From NCBI GenBank assembly GCA_963666835.2, contig CAXXGO010000001.1, positions 1,824,001 through 1,888,000 on the forward strand: a stretch of 64,000 nt of DNA, read 5' to 3'. The stretch is from Phycisphaerae bacterium (GTDB lineage Bacteria > Planctomycetota > Phycisphaerae > UBA1845). Made by a program: the position numbers and the translations under genes. Shown here piece after piece: positions 39,325 through 48,111 of the stretch. How positions within the stretch are numbered: position 1 is the stretch's first letter; every line of letters begins with the position of its first letter. The notes under the pieces are model-generated. The model had not been told where the DNA came from. It made no database searches and was given only the letters and a program-made list of their open reading frames with translations.

Positions 39325-40401
39325 ATGTCTTACGATGACAAGCCCTTAGACAATCCGCTCAACTGGTCGTTCAAAGTCGGCCGGCTCTTCGCGATCGATA
39401 TTCGGGTGCATATCGTGTTTGTGCTATGCGCGGTGCTGCTGGTTTGGCTGGAGATTCCGCGGGCGGATTCCGGAGTGAGCTGGTCGCTCGGATCGGTGCT
39501 GCTCAAGGTTCTCGGAATGTACGGGGCTTTGTTTCTGATCGTGTTGTTGCACGAGTTTGGGCACTGTTACGGAGCACGCCGGACCGGCGGCGAAGCGCAC
39601 GAGATCCTCATGTGGCCGCTCGGCGGGTTGGCAATGGTAATGCCGCCGCACCGGGCGAATGCGCACCTGATTACCACGATCGCCGGGCCTATGGTTAACG
39701 TATTGATCTGCCTGCTGTGCGCCGTGGTGTTGGTGTTCTGGGTCGGCGGGTTCGGGGCCGTGCCGTGGAATCCGCTTCATCCGTTCACGCCGGTAAGCTC
39801 CGCGACCGCCCTTACGAGTGGGCAGAGTTGGCTCGCGACCACTTTTGGGTTGAGCTACTTCATCTTTCTGATCAACCTTGCGCCGGTGTTCCCGTTCGAC
39901 GGGGGCCGGATAGTCCAGGCGACGCTCTGGCGGAAGATGGGATTCGAGCGATCGATGGCGATTGCCACCGGTACCGGGATGGTTGGGGCGATAGTAATCG
40001 GCCTGATAGCGCTTTTCATCGAGGAGAGCTTCATTTTGTTGGGCATAGCCGTGTTCGGCTATGCCACATGCTGGCAGCAACGCCGAATTCTGCGCGAGGT
40101 CGGCCCGGCTGCGTTCGGTGACGAGGGCGGGGGCATGTTCGGGGGCTATCGGTTTGGATCCGGGGGAGATGAGGCGGAGGCTGAGCCGGGCTTCTTCGAA
40201 CGTCGCCGCCGGCAGAAGGCCGAGCGCAAGGCGGACCGCGAGCGGCTGGAGCTTGAACGTCATTGCCGTACGGTGGAGGAGATTCTCCGTAAAGTGTCAG
40301 CCACCGGGATCGACTCTCTGACGCCGCAGGAACGCAGGACCTTGGAAGAAGAGACCCGCCGCCAACGCACCGTCTCTGCCGAGTCTCACACGTCCGATTA
40401 G
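39325..40401 (+). CDS. Site-2 (M50) protease, SpoIVFB-like, with a C-terminal DUF6576-like tail
   Basis: HEFGH, WPLGG, AGPMVN and NLAPVFPFDGGR motifs; tail VEEILRKVSATGIDSLTPQER. Confidence 0.9.
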   Translation: MSYDDKPLDNPLNWSFKVGRLFAIDIRVHIVFVLCAVLLVWLEIPRADSGVSWSLGSVLLKVLGMYGALFLIVLLHEFGHCYGARRTGGEAHEILMWPLGGLAMVMPPHRANAHLITTIAGPMVNVLICLLCAVVLVFWVGGFGAVPWNPLHPFTPVSSATALTSGQSWLATTFGLSYFIFLINLAPVFPFDGGRIVQATLWRKMGFERSMAIATGTGMVGAIVIGLIALFIEESFILLGIAVFGYATCWQQRRILREVGPAAFGDEGGGMFGGYRFGSGGDEAEAEPGFFERRRRQKAERKADRERLELERHCRTVEEILRKVSATGIDSLTPQERRTLEEETRRQRTVSAESHTSD

Positions 40402-40427
40402 AGATAGGGTTGGATCCATGCGTAGCG

Positions 40428-40454
40428 AGGGAGCGGGGTATCAAACCGCTCCCT
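40428..40454 (+). terminator. Hairpin after the M50 gene (possible terminator)
   Basis: 9-bp stem AGGGAGCGG/CCGCTCCCT; weak U-tract. Confidence 0.45.
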
Positions 40455-40870
40455 GATTGCCCAGCGGAAGCCAATTCCTCGCAACGCATCGAAAAGGCCT
40501 GCGAAGTTGAGCAGGTCTTCGACCAGCACCCTCCAGACCGGTAATCGGCAAACGAAGCCCGGTCTGTCCGGTAATAGAATCCCCGTCATGCTGTTGTAGA
40601 AAGTTGTCGCGGATCGCGCAGGGATTCGCCGGCAGATTGCGGATTATCCCTGTGAGGAACGAGTCTTGCGCCTTCGCTTGGGGAGTAAAGACGTGGACGC
40701 GTTCTCGCGACAGGGTGCCGGCTTGCCGGAAGGAGGTTGGCTGGTAGCATAGGGGTTATGTTTGATCCGACGACGGATCCAGAGCACGAAGATGAGTCCC
40801 GCTTGCCAAAACCGAGACCCACGCGGGGGACAGGGGATACGCGAGAGGCGTAGCAGAGAGCTGGAACAAA

Positions 40871-41230
40871 ATGAACGAATCAACACGCGTTCTGTTCTGC
40901 AACTGCACGTACTCGAACGTAGTTCCTCCGCAGGTCAAGCAACGGGTACTTGAGAGCCTTTGTGCCTCCGGCGTGGCGTTCGACGCCGTGCCGGACTTGT
41001 GTGAAATGTCGGCCCGGAAAGACCCCTTATTACGGCAAGTGGCGGAATCGGCTGACGTGAGAATCGCCGCCTGTTTTCCAAGGGCGGTGCGTTGGCTGTT
41101 TCAAGCCGGGGAGGCACCCTTAAGCGATGGGCAGGTGCGTGTGCTGAACATGCGGGAGCAGGACGCCGGTGCGGTGGTCGCCGGCCTGTTCCCTGAGCCG
41201 CCACCTCCCGGGAGGCGCCGCGATGAGTGA
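40871..41230 (+). CDS. Small Cys-rich protein resembling the N-terminal Fe-S domain of heterodisulfide reductase A
   Basis: VLFCNC...DLC...IAACFPR...LNMRE parallels the HdrA N-terminal pattern VYVCHC...xC...VAACSPR...NIRE; its stop overlaps the next start. Confidence 0.7.
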   Translation: MNESTRVLFCNCTYSNVVPPQVKQRVLESLCASGVAFDAVPDLCEMSARKDPLLRQVAESADVRIAACFPRAVRWLFQAGEAPLSDGQVRVLNMREQDAGAVVAGLFPEPPPPGRRRDE

Positions 41231-42110
41231 CGCGTGCGCCGGTGATCTCCGTGTCGTCCTGCACGGAAGTTTTGGGAGCGGCCCTCTGGGGGCTGAGGGC
41301 CGCCGCCGGGTCATTGTTGCCTTGTTGGAGTCCGGGGTTGCCGTAAGTTGCAATGACGGCAGCTTGTCACCAAGGGACGTTAATTCGGAAGCCGTCTTGG
41401 TCTTGGGGAATTTCGGCGAGTGCCCGCCATCTGAGATGGTGGGACACGGTCATGGATCGCGGCTTCATTACGATGACGTTTCCGGACTGGATTCCGACGG
41501 GGTTGTGACGCTGGTCCATAAGAGAAGGCAGAGGCTGGGGGCACCCGAGCCGGGTGCATGGCTGCCGTGGTTCCCGGTGATCGACTACGATCGCTGCACG
41601 AGCTGCAAGCAGTGCCTCAGCTTCTGCCTTTTCGGCGTTTTCGGGGTGGATGATTCCGATCGCGTCGTTGTCGCGAATGCCGCCAAGTGCAAGACCGGCT
41701 GTCCCGCCTGCTCGCGCGTGTGCCCCAACACGGCCATAATGTTCCCGAAATTCGAAGGCTCGCCGGTAAACGGGGCGGTGGTTGATGACACCGGTAGGAT
41801 ACGCGAGCCCGTGAAGGTCAATCTTGACGACCTTCTGGGTGGAGACGTCAACGCCGCTCTGCGAGAGCGTAGTCGACGCGCCGGGCAACGCTTCTCCGTG
41901 GAGCCGGCTGGGATGAGCTCACGGCTGGACAAGCTCAAGGAAATGCAGGACGAGCTGGGCATCCCCGATGAAGTGCTGGCGGGTCTGAAGCCCATGTGCG
42001 CTTGCCAACGTCGGGCCGCCGAGCAAGCCGCGGCCCAGCGCAATGCTACCTCCGGGACAACAGAGGAGTCGCCCGCACCGTCGAAGTCGACGCAGGAGTG
42101 GGACATCTAG
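41223..42110 (+). CDS. 2[4Fe-4S] ferredoxin-domain protein
   Basis: WFPVIDYDRCTSCKQCLSFC and CKTGCPACSRVCP. Confidence 0.88.
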   Translation: MSDACAGDLRVVLHGSFGSGPLGAEGRRRVIVALLESGVAVSCNDGSLSPRDVNSEAVLVLGNFGECPPSEMVGHGHGSRLHYDDVSGLDSDGVVTLVHKRRQRLGAPEPGAWLPWFPVIDYDRCTSCKQCLSFCLFGVFGVDDSDRVVVANAAKCKTGCPACSRVCPNTAIMFPKFEGSPVNGAVVDDTGRIREPVKVNLDDLLGGDVNAALRERSRRAGQRFSVEPAGMSSRLDKLKEMQDELGIPDEVLAGLKPMCACQRRAAEQAAAQRNATSGTTEESPAPSKSTQEWDI

Positions 42111-42137
42111 CCGAGACTCCAGCTCGAGGGCGCCGGA

Positions 42138-43334
42138 ATGATCTTCGCAACTTCCCGTCGGATGTGGCGCACTACCGATGCTCGCCTCTTCTGGAAGTTC
42201 GTCTATAACTTCGCTTACAAGGGAATGCGTTCCGTTCAGCGTTTCAAGAAGCGGCTCAGGAAGGGGCTGTATTTCCCGCCGTTTATGTTCATCTCCATTA
42301 TTAACACCTGTAATCTCCGCTGTCGGGGGTGTTGGGTGGACGTGGATGCCCCGCCGACTTTGATCTCGCTGCCCGACTTGGATCGGCTTATCAAACGCGC
42401 CAAGGTGCACGGCAATCGCTTCTTCGGATTGCTCGGAGGCGAGCCGTTTCTCCACCCGGATCTCATTCCGTTGCTTGAGAAGCACCCCGATTGTTACTTC
42501 CAGATATTCACGAACGGTCATTTCATCACGGATGAAGTGGCTGCCCGACTTCACCAGGTGGGCAACGCGACCCCGTTGGTCAGTATCGAGGGCTCGGAGG
42601 TGGTCAGCGACGAGCGACGCGGACGCTCGGGCGTCTACAACAAAAGCCTCGCCGGGCTCGAGGCCTGTATTCGCCATCGGTTGATTACCGGGGTGACGAC
42701 AAGCGTTTGTCAGAACAACTACGACGATCTGGTCAGCGAGCGTTGGGTGGACGAGCTTATCCGACGCGGTGTGCATTATGTATGGTATACGACCTATCGG
42801 CCGGTCGGACCCGACCCGGCGCGCGAGCTGGCCTTGCGCCCCGAGCAGCTTCTGGGCGTGCGGCGGTTTGCCATGAAGACGCGTAATACCAAGCCGATTG
42901 CGGTGGTGGATGCGTACTGGGATGATAAAGGTCGGGCGTTGTGCCCGGCGGCCGTGGGGATAAGCCACCACATTAGCCCGTCCGGAGATGTCGAACCCTG
43001 TCCGATCGTCCAGTTCGCCAAAGACACAATACACGACAACGGCGGTGACATTTTTCAGACAATCACGCAGTCTTCGTTCCTGCGGGCGTTTCGGGAGGCT
43101 GCCATCGACGCGACGCGGGGCTGCATTCTGCTGGAACGACCGGAGATGCTCAAAGCGGTCGTAGAAAGTCAACATGCTCGGGATACGACGGCGCGGGCAA
43201 CGGCATTGGCGGAGCTGACCGTGATGACGCCGCTCGACAGCCAGCATCAGCCCGGGTGGGAAGTTCCGGAGGAGAATTGGGTGTACCGGCTTACGAAGAA
43301 GTACTGGTTCTTCGGTTTCGGGGCGTATACATAG
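42138..43334 (+). CDS. Radical SAM protein with a SPASM/twitch-like C-terminal region
   Basis: CNLRCRGC, LLGGEP and FTNG motifs; LCPA...HISPSGDVEPCP. Confidence 0.92.
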   Translation: MIFATSRRMWRTTDARLFWKFVYNFAYKGMRSVQRFKKRLRKGLYFPPFMFISIINTCNLRCRGCWVDVDAPPTLISLPDLDRLIKRAKVHGNRFFGLLGGEPFLHPDLIPLLEKHPDCYFQIFTNGHFITDEVAARLHQVGNATPLVSIEGSEVVSDERRGRSGVYNKSLAGLEACIRHRLITGVTTSVCQNNYDDLVSERWVDELIRRGVHYVWYTTYRPVGPDPARELALRPEQLLGVRRFAMKTRNTKPIAVVDAYWDDKGRALCPAAVGISHHISPSGDVEPCPIVQFAKDTIHDNGGDIFQTITQSSFLRAFREAAIDATRGCILLERPEMLKAVVESQHARDTTARATALAELTVMTPLDSQHQPGWEVPEENWVYRLTKKYWFFGFGAYT

Positions 43335-43374
43335 ACGCTCCGGTGGCGAGCGGCTTGGAGAGGTTCGGTAGGCG

Positions 43375-45207
43375 ATGATTCGACGACTAGACTCTGCCGA
43401 AGAGGCAACAAAGAAACCGCCGGATGGGATGCGCGGTTCATCCGCGGATGGCGAGGTTGCATCCAATGACCGGAGTGCCGCCCGCCTGGAAGTCCCACCG
43501 AGAGTTCTCCGACAGGTATCCCGGCCGGCTCAAACCGGGGTTCCGGGCGACAAGTCGGCGCGGGATCGTCTGCGTTACTTCGCCCGGCGCCGGGTGGAAC
43601 AAGAGAACCTGGTGCCGCCGCTGACATTGGAAGAGCTCCGCGAGCATGCCGGATTAGTGTGCGCGGCGGCGGGAGTGACCGAGGATTGCGCGGATTACGC
43701 CGTGATCGTTGTGAACAACGAAGCCTGGCGTGACACCCTGGCCGGGATACCATTCGATCGCCGGTTGCTCCTGCTTCCGAAGTGCTTGCGGGCGGACGGT
43801 CGGTGCCCGGCTCCCATCGACGAGTTCGGACTGGTGTGCCAATCGTGTGGCTCTTGCCTGATCAGTGAGCTACAGAGCGAGGCCGAGCAGCTCGGGTATG
43901 CGGTTCTGGTTGCCGAAGGCTCCGCGGTGGTGACCAAGATGATCGAGGCCGGGCGGATCGAAGCCGTGGTGGGCGTGAGCTGTATGAGCGTGCTGGAGAA
44001 GTGCTTCCCGCACATGGAGGCCCGCGCGGTTCCCGGAGTTGCCGTCCCGCTGCTGCAGGACGGTTGCGCGAATACTACGGTTGATGTGGACTGGATCCGA
44101 GACGCGATGCATCTAACAAAAGACGATCGCACCTACCGCCTGGATCTTGATGCGCTCAAGACCGATGTGCAGAACTGGTTCGCTCCGGAAAGCCTGACCA
44201 AGTTGCTCGGTACTCCGCTGGGGGAGACCGAAGCGATTGCTCGCGATTGGCTGGCCCGCGCCGGAAAACGATGGCGACCCTATCTGGCGGCTTGCGTCTA
44301 CGTTTCTCTGCAAGGCGACGGCGCAGTTAGCCCGCACGGTCTGCCGGACGATCTGAAGAAGCTGGCCATAGCGGTGGAGTGCTTTCACAAGGCGTCGTTG
44401 GTTCACGACGACATCGAGGATGGCGATGAGCAGCGGTACGGGTTCAAGGCGCTGCACGTTGAATGTGGCACACCGGTGGCACTAAATGTCGGGGACTTCC
44501 TGCTGGGTGAGGGGTACCGGCTGGTCGGGGAGCTGGACGTCGACGATGGTGTTAAGGTGGCCATGCTGCAGACCGCCGCGGGGGGGCACCTCACTCTAAG
44601 CCGCGGGCAGGGGGCGGAGCTGTGCTGGACGAGGCATCCGCAGCCGATGTCGACGCTGGAGGTGTTGGACATATTCCGCCAGAAGACGGCACCCGCCTTC
44701 GAGGTCGCGTTGCGTCTGGGGGCGTTCTACGGAGGGGCCGACGCGGGCGTCCACGACGTGCTGGTACGATACAGCGAGGCTTTGGGCATTGCTTATCAGA
44801 TCCGGGACGACCTGGAGGACTTCGCCGGGGTGGGCGACTCGAACGACCTCCGCGACTTACGCCCGTCGGTGGTGCTCGCTATTGCCCACAAGCGCGCGGC
44901 GGAAGGAGCGGATCGCGGTTTGACCACGGCGCTGTGGCGCCGGGAATGCGACTACGAGAAGGTCGCGGGGGACGTCAGGCGTTTGACCGATCGGTGCGGC
45001 GTGATCGAAACGGTGGAGAATCTTCTCGAAGCCTACACGGCTCAAGCGAATCGGTCGCTGCATCCTCTGAGAAGTCCCACTCTCAAGGGGCTTCTACGCC
45101 GCGTGATCGGTAGGATCTTCGGGAACGAGCAGATTCCGGGGTATTGCGATGAGTTTGAGGCTCGACATGCTGGACGCCGCCCGGGCGGCGCCGAACCTGC
45201 TGTGTGA
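43375..45207 (+). CDS. DUF116-domain/trans-polyprenyl diphosphate synthase fusion
   Basis: N-terminal part has the DUF116 pattern LPKCLR..CPA..CQSCGSC..VGVSC..GC..TxVD. C-terminal part has GKRWRP, first Asp-rich motif HDDIED, GQGAE, KT and second motif QIRDDLED. Confidence 0.88.
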   Translation: MIRRLDSAEEATKKPPDGMRGSSADGEVASNDRSAARLEVPPRVLRQVSRPAQTGVPGDKSARDRLRYFARRRVEQENLVPPLTLEELREHAGLVCAAAGVTEDCADYAVIVVNNEAWRDTLAGIPFDRRLLLLPKCLRADGRCPAPIDEFGLVCQSCGSCLISELQSEAEQLGYAVLVAEGSAVVTKMIEAGRIEAVVGVSCMSVLEKCFPHMEARAVPGVAVPLLQDGCANTTVDVDWIRDAMHLTKDDRTYRLDLDALKTDVQNWFAPESLTKLLGTPLGETEAIARDWLARAGKRWRPYLAACVYVSLQGDGAVSPHGLPDDLKKLAIAVECFHKASLVHDDIEDGDEQRYGFKALHVECGTPVALNVGDFLLGEGYRLVGELDVDDGVKVAMLQTAAGGHLTLSRGQGAELCWTRHPQPMSTLEVLDIFRQKTAPAFEVALRLGAFYGGADAGVHDVLVRYSEALGIAYQIRDDLEDFAGVGDSNDLRDLRPSVVLAIAHKRAAEGADRGLTTALWRRECDYEKVAGDVRRLTDRCGVIETVENLLEAYTAQANRSLHPLRSPTLKGLLRRVIGRIFGNEQIPGYCDEFEARHAGRRPGGAEPAV

Positions 45208-46036
45208 GGCCGGCGACCGCATTGTCGAGTTTCTCCACGGGCAACTCAATAGTGACGGTGGCGGAAAGGACCGCGCGGGCGATAGCGATCTGTACTATAC
45301 GGTGTTCGTGCTGGACGGTCTGACCGCAATGGGAGAGGCCTTCCCCGTCGATGCGACTGCGGAGTATCTTCGCCGCTTCGGAGACGGGACCGGACTCGAT
45401 TTCGTGCACCGGGCGTGTTTGGCGCGGTGTTGGGCGGCTTTACCGGGTTGCCCGGTTTCCGAAGAGGTGGGGGAGTCTCTTCTTCGCGGGCTCGAGGATT
45501 GCCGCACGGACGATGGGGGCTACGGCCCGACTTCCGATAGTGAATCCGGGACCGTGTATGACTCTTTTCTGGCGTTTGGGGCGTACGAGGATCTCGGGCG
45601 ACCGCTGCCCCGTCCTGCGGATCTCGGTGTGTGCCTGGACGGCCTTCGAACTGACGACGGCGCTTACGCCAATGAGCAAGGAGTGAAGATCGGGACTACT
45701 CCGGCGACCGCGGCCGCGGCGATCCTGGCCCATCGCTTGAGCTCGAAGCCGGACGACCGAGTGGGCGAGTGGTTGCTTGCTCGGGCGCGGCCAGGCGGTG
45801 GGTTTCTGGCGTTTCCCGAGGCCCCGATTCCCGATCTTCTGTCAACGGCGACGGCGTTGCACGCGCTCGCTCAGCTTGGCGTACCTTTCACGCGCAACAA
45901 AGATCGCTGTCTGGACTTCGTGGACAGCTTGTGGACCGGGCAGGCGTTCTGTGGACATTGGGCTGATGAAGTGGTCGACAGTGAATACACTTACTATGCG
46001 CTATTGGCCCTCGGGCATCTGGGGGCGGCAGCATGA
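45149..46036 (+). CDS. Single-domain prenyltransferase/squalene-cyclase-fold (QW-like repeat) protein
   Basis: Repeats QLNSDGG, CRTDDGGY, LRTDDGAY and RARPGGGF; SDLYYT, PDLLST and DSEYTYY motifs. Confidence 0.8.
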   Translation: MSLRLDMLDAARAAPNLLCEAGDRIVEFLHGQLNSDGGGKDRAGDSDLYYTVFVLDGLTAMGEAFPVDATAEYLRRFGDGTGLDFVHRACLARCWAALPGCPVSEEVGESLLRGLEDCRTDDGGYGPTSDSESGTVYDSFLAFGAYEDLGRPLPRPADLGVCLDGLRTDDGAYANEQGVKIGTTPATAAAAILAHRLSSKPDDRVGEWLLARARPGGGFLAFPEAPIPDLLSTATALHALAQLGVPFTRNKDRCLDFVDSLWTGQAFCGHWADEVVDSEYTYYALLALGHLGAAA

Positions 46037-47958
46037 CCGACGTTCCCGATACGCTCGACCTTGAAAGCGTGGAACAGGTTCTCCTCGCCGCTCGCCGCGA
46101 GTTGCTTGATCGACGTACTGCGGGAGGAGTCTGGGAGGGGGAGCTGTCGAGCAGCGCTCTGTCCACAGCAACGGCCGTGTGCGCACTAGCCTTGTTGGAC
46201 AATGCCGATCATTCGGACGATCTGGTCGAACTAGTGCGGCAAGGTGTCGCCTGGTTGGCAGAGCACCAGAACATTGATGGCGGCTGGGGTGACACCGTTA
46301 ACAGCCCCAGCAACATCAGTACGACCACGCTCTGCTGGGCGGCGCTGGGCGCCGGCTGGCGGTTGGTTGAGGATCGCCGAGCTGTTGCGGAGCGGGCCGA
46401 AGCGTGGCTGCGACGCCGAGCGAAAGACCTTTCTCCGGCGGGGCTGGCCCGGGCGATCACCGCAGTCTACGGGCGAGATCGCACATTCTCCATTCCGATC
46501 TTGACAATGTGCGCGCTCTCCGGAAGGTTCGGAACGGGTCGCGACGCATGGCGGTCGATCCCGGCGTTACCGTTCGAGCTGGCCGCCCTGCCCCACACCT
46601 GGTTCTCCCGGATCGGCTTGCCGGTGGTTAGCTATGCTCTGCCCGCTTTGATCGCCGTGGGGCAGGTCCGCCACCATCACCGGGCGACCCGTAACCCCGT
46701 CACGCGGTTGCTTCGCCGGTTGGCTCGCCCCAAGACCCTGCGCGTGTTACAGGCCATCCAGCCGGAATCCGGGGGCTTTCTGGAAGCAACGCCGCTGACC
46801 AGCTTCGTAATGATGAGCCTCGTCTCGGCGGGAGAGTGGACGCACCCCGTGGTCCAGCGCGGGCGGGCATTCCTGGCTGAATCCGTTCGAACGGACGGAA
46901 GCTGGCCGATCGACACGAACCTCTCTACCTGGCTCACCACCCTATCGGTAAACGCCTTGCACGGCGGGAGCGGTCCGACGGACACGTTGTCGACCGACGA
47001 GCTGGCCGGCCTGCGTCGCTGGCTGCTGGGGCAACAGCACCGCCGTGAACATCCGTACACGCACGCGGCAGGGGGGGGCTGGGCCTGGACGGACCTGAGC
47101 GGTGGCGTACCGGACGCGGACGACACGGCCGGGGTTCTGTTGGCCCTGCGGAATCTGACCGGCGGCTGCGGGGATGGCGGAAGTGCTATGGGAGAAGTCC
47201 GAGATGCGGTTACGTCCGGGGTTCGCTGGCTCGTGGGGTTGCAGAATCGTGACGGAGGAATGCCGACATTCTGTCGGGGCTGGGGCAAGCTGCCGTTTGA
47301 TCGAAGTACTGCTGATCTGACCGCCCATGCCTTACGGGCTTGGTGTGCCTGGCGCGATACCTTGCCCTATGAACTGCGCGAACAGGTGCGGCGAGCGATG
47401 CACCGGGCCGTAGAGTATCTTGTCCGCACGCAACGCCGGGATGGGGCGTGGGTGCCGCTGTGGTTCGGTAACCAGAAGAGTCCGAAGCAAGAGAGTCCGC
47501 TTTACGGCACCTCGCGTGTTCTGCGGGCGGGCAACATTGTGCCGACCGATGGAACTTTGGCGCAGGCTTGGACAGCCGCCGGCCGCCGGGCGGTGGATTG
47601 GGTGCTCTCGGCCCAGAACAAGGACGGTGGCTGGGGCGGGGCGGCCGCGGTGGCGTCGTCAGTTGAGGAAACGGCGCTTGCGGTGGAGGCGCTGGCGGGA
47701 GTGGCCGCAGAAGGAAACGGCAAGATCGCCGGAGCCATTGGTCGCGGGTGTGCATACCTCGTAAATCGCACTGAGGGCGGCACCCGTTTCGAACCGGCGC
47801 CCATCGGGCTGTACTTCGCGAGACTGTGGTATTACGAGAGCCTGTACCCGCTCGTGTATACCGTCAGTGCTTTGGAACATGTGCTCGGCTGTGGCGACGT
47901 TGTGGGCAGAGGCGTCAATCGGAGCAAGACATCCGTTCCATCCGATCCGGGCCGGTGA
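46033..47958 (+). CDS. Squalene-hopene-cyclase-like class II terpene cyclase (divergent)
   Basis: GVWEGEL; QW repeats QNIDGGWG, QNRDGG, QRRDGAW and QNKDGGWG; catalytic DxDD in VPDADDTA; ATGA overlap with the upstream gene. Confidence 0.9.
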   Translation: MTDVPDTLDLESVEQVLLAARRELLDRRTAGGVWEGELSSSALSTATAVCALALLDNADHSDDLVELVRQGVAWLAEHQNIDGGWGDTVNSPSNISTTTLCWAALGAGWRLVEDRRAVAERAEAWLRRRAKDLSPAGLARAITAVYGRDRTFSIPILTMCALSGRFGTGRDAWRSIPALPFELAALPHTWFSRIGLPVVSYALPALIAVGQVRHHHRATRNPVTRLLRRLARPKTLRVLQAIQPESGGFLEATPLTSFVMMSLVSAGEWTHPVVQRGRAFLAESVRTDGSWPIDTNLSTWLTTLSVNALHGGSGPTDTLSTDELAGLRRWLLGQQHRREHPYTHAAGGGWAWTDLSGGVPDADDTAGVLLALRNLTGGCGDGGSAMGEVRDAVTSGVRWLVGLQNRDGGMPTFCRGWGKLPFDRSTADLTAHALRAWCAWRDTLPYELREQVRRAMHRAVEYLVRTQRRDGAWVPLWFGNQKSPKQESPLYGTSRVLRAGNIVPTDGTLAQAWTAAGRRAVDWVLSAQNKDGGWGGAAAVASSVEETALAVEALAGVAAEGNGKIAGAIGRGCAYLVNRTEGGTRFEPAPIGLYFARLWYYESLYPLVYTVSALEHVLGCGDVVGRGVNRSKTSVPSDPGR

Positions 47959-47973
47959 ATTCGCCGGGGTGCC

Positions 47974-48111
47974 ATGGCCACGTGTGAAAGAACTCCGGGA
48001 TCTTGACCCGGTTCTGCGTGGCCATGTTCACGTGTCACTGGAGACCTGTTCTGGGTGCTATGGCCACGTGTGAAGGAACTCCGGGATCTTGACCCCGTCC
48101 TGCGTGGCCAT
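47974..48111. repeat. Two direct copies (47974-48025 and 48060-48111) of a 52-bp palindromic REP-like element
   Basis: ATGGCCACG...CCGGG-ATCTTGA-CCC(G/C)G...CGTGGCCAT; 86-bp period; 3 mismatches between copies. Confidence 0.85.

Noticed and set aside
40871..47958. Calling this a standard hpn hopanoid cluster (shc/hpnH)
   Set aside because: No hpnC, hpnD, hpnE or hpnG is recognisable, the cyclase motifs are divergent, and the radical SAM cannot be assigned to HpnH by eye.
47974..48111. Possible CRISPR array, or the small duplicated ORFs 47867-48073 and 48055-48417
   Set aside because: Two long imperfect palindromic units and no cas genes; the repeated peptide is just a translation of the DNA repeat.
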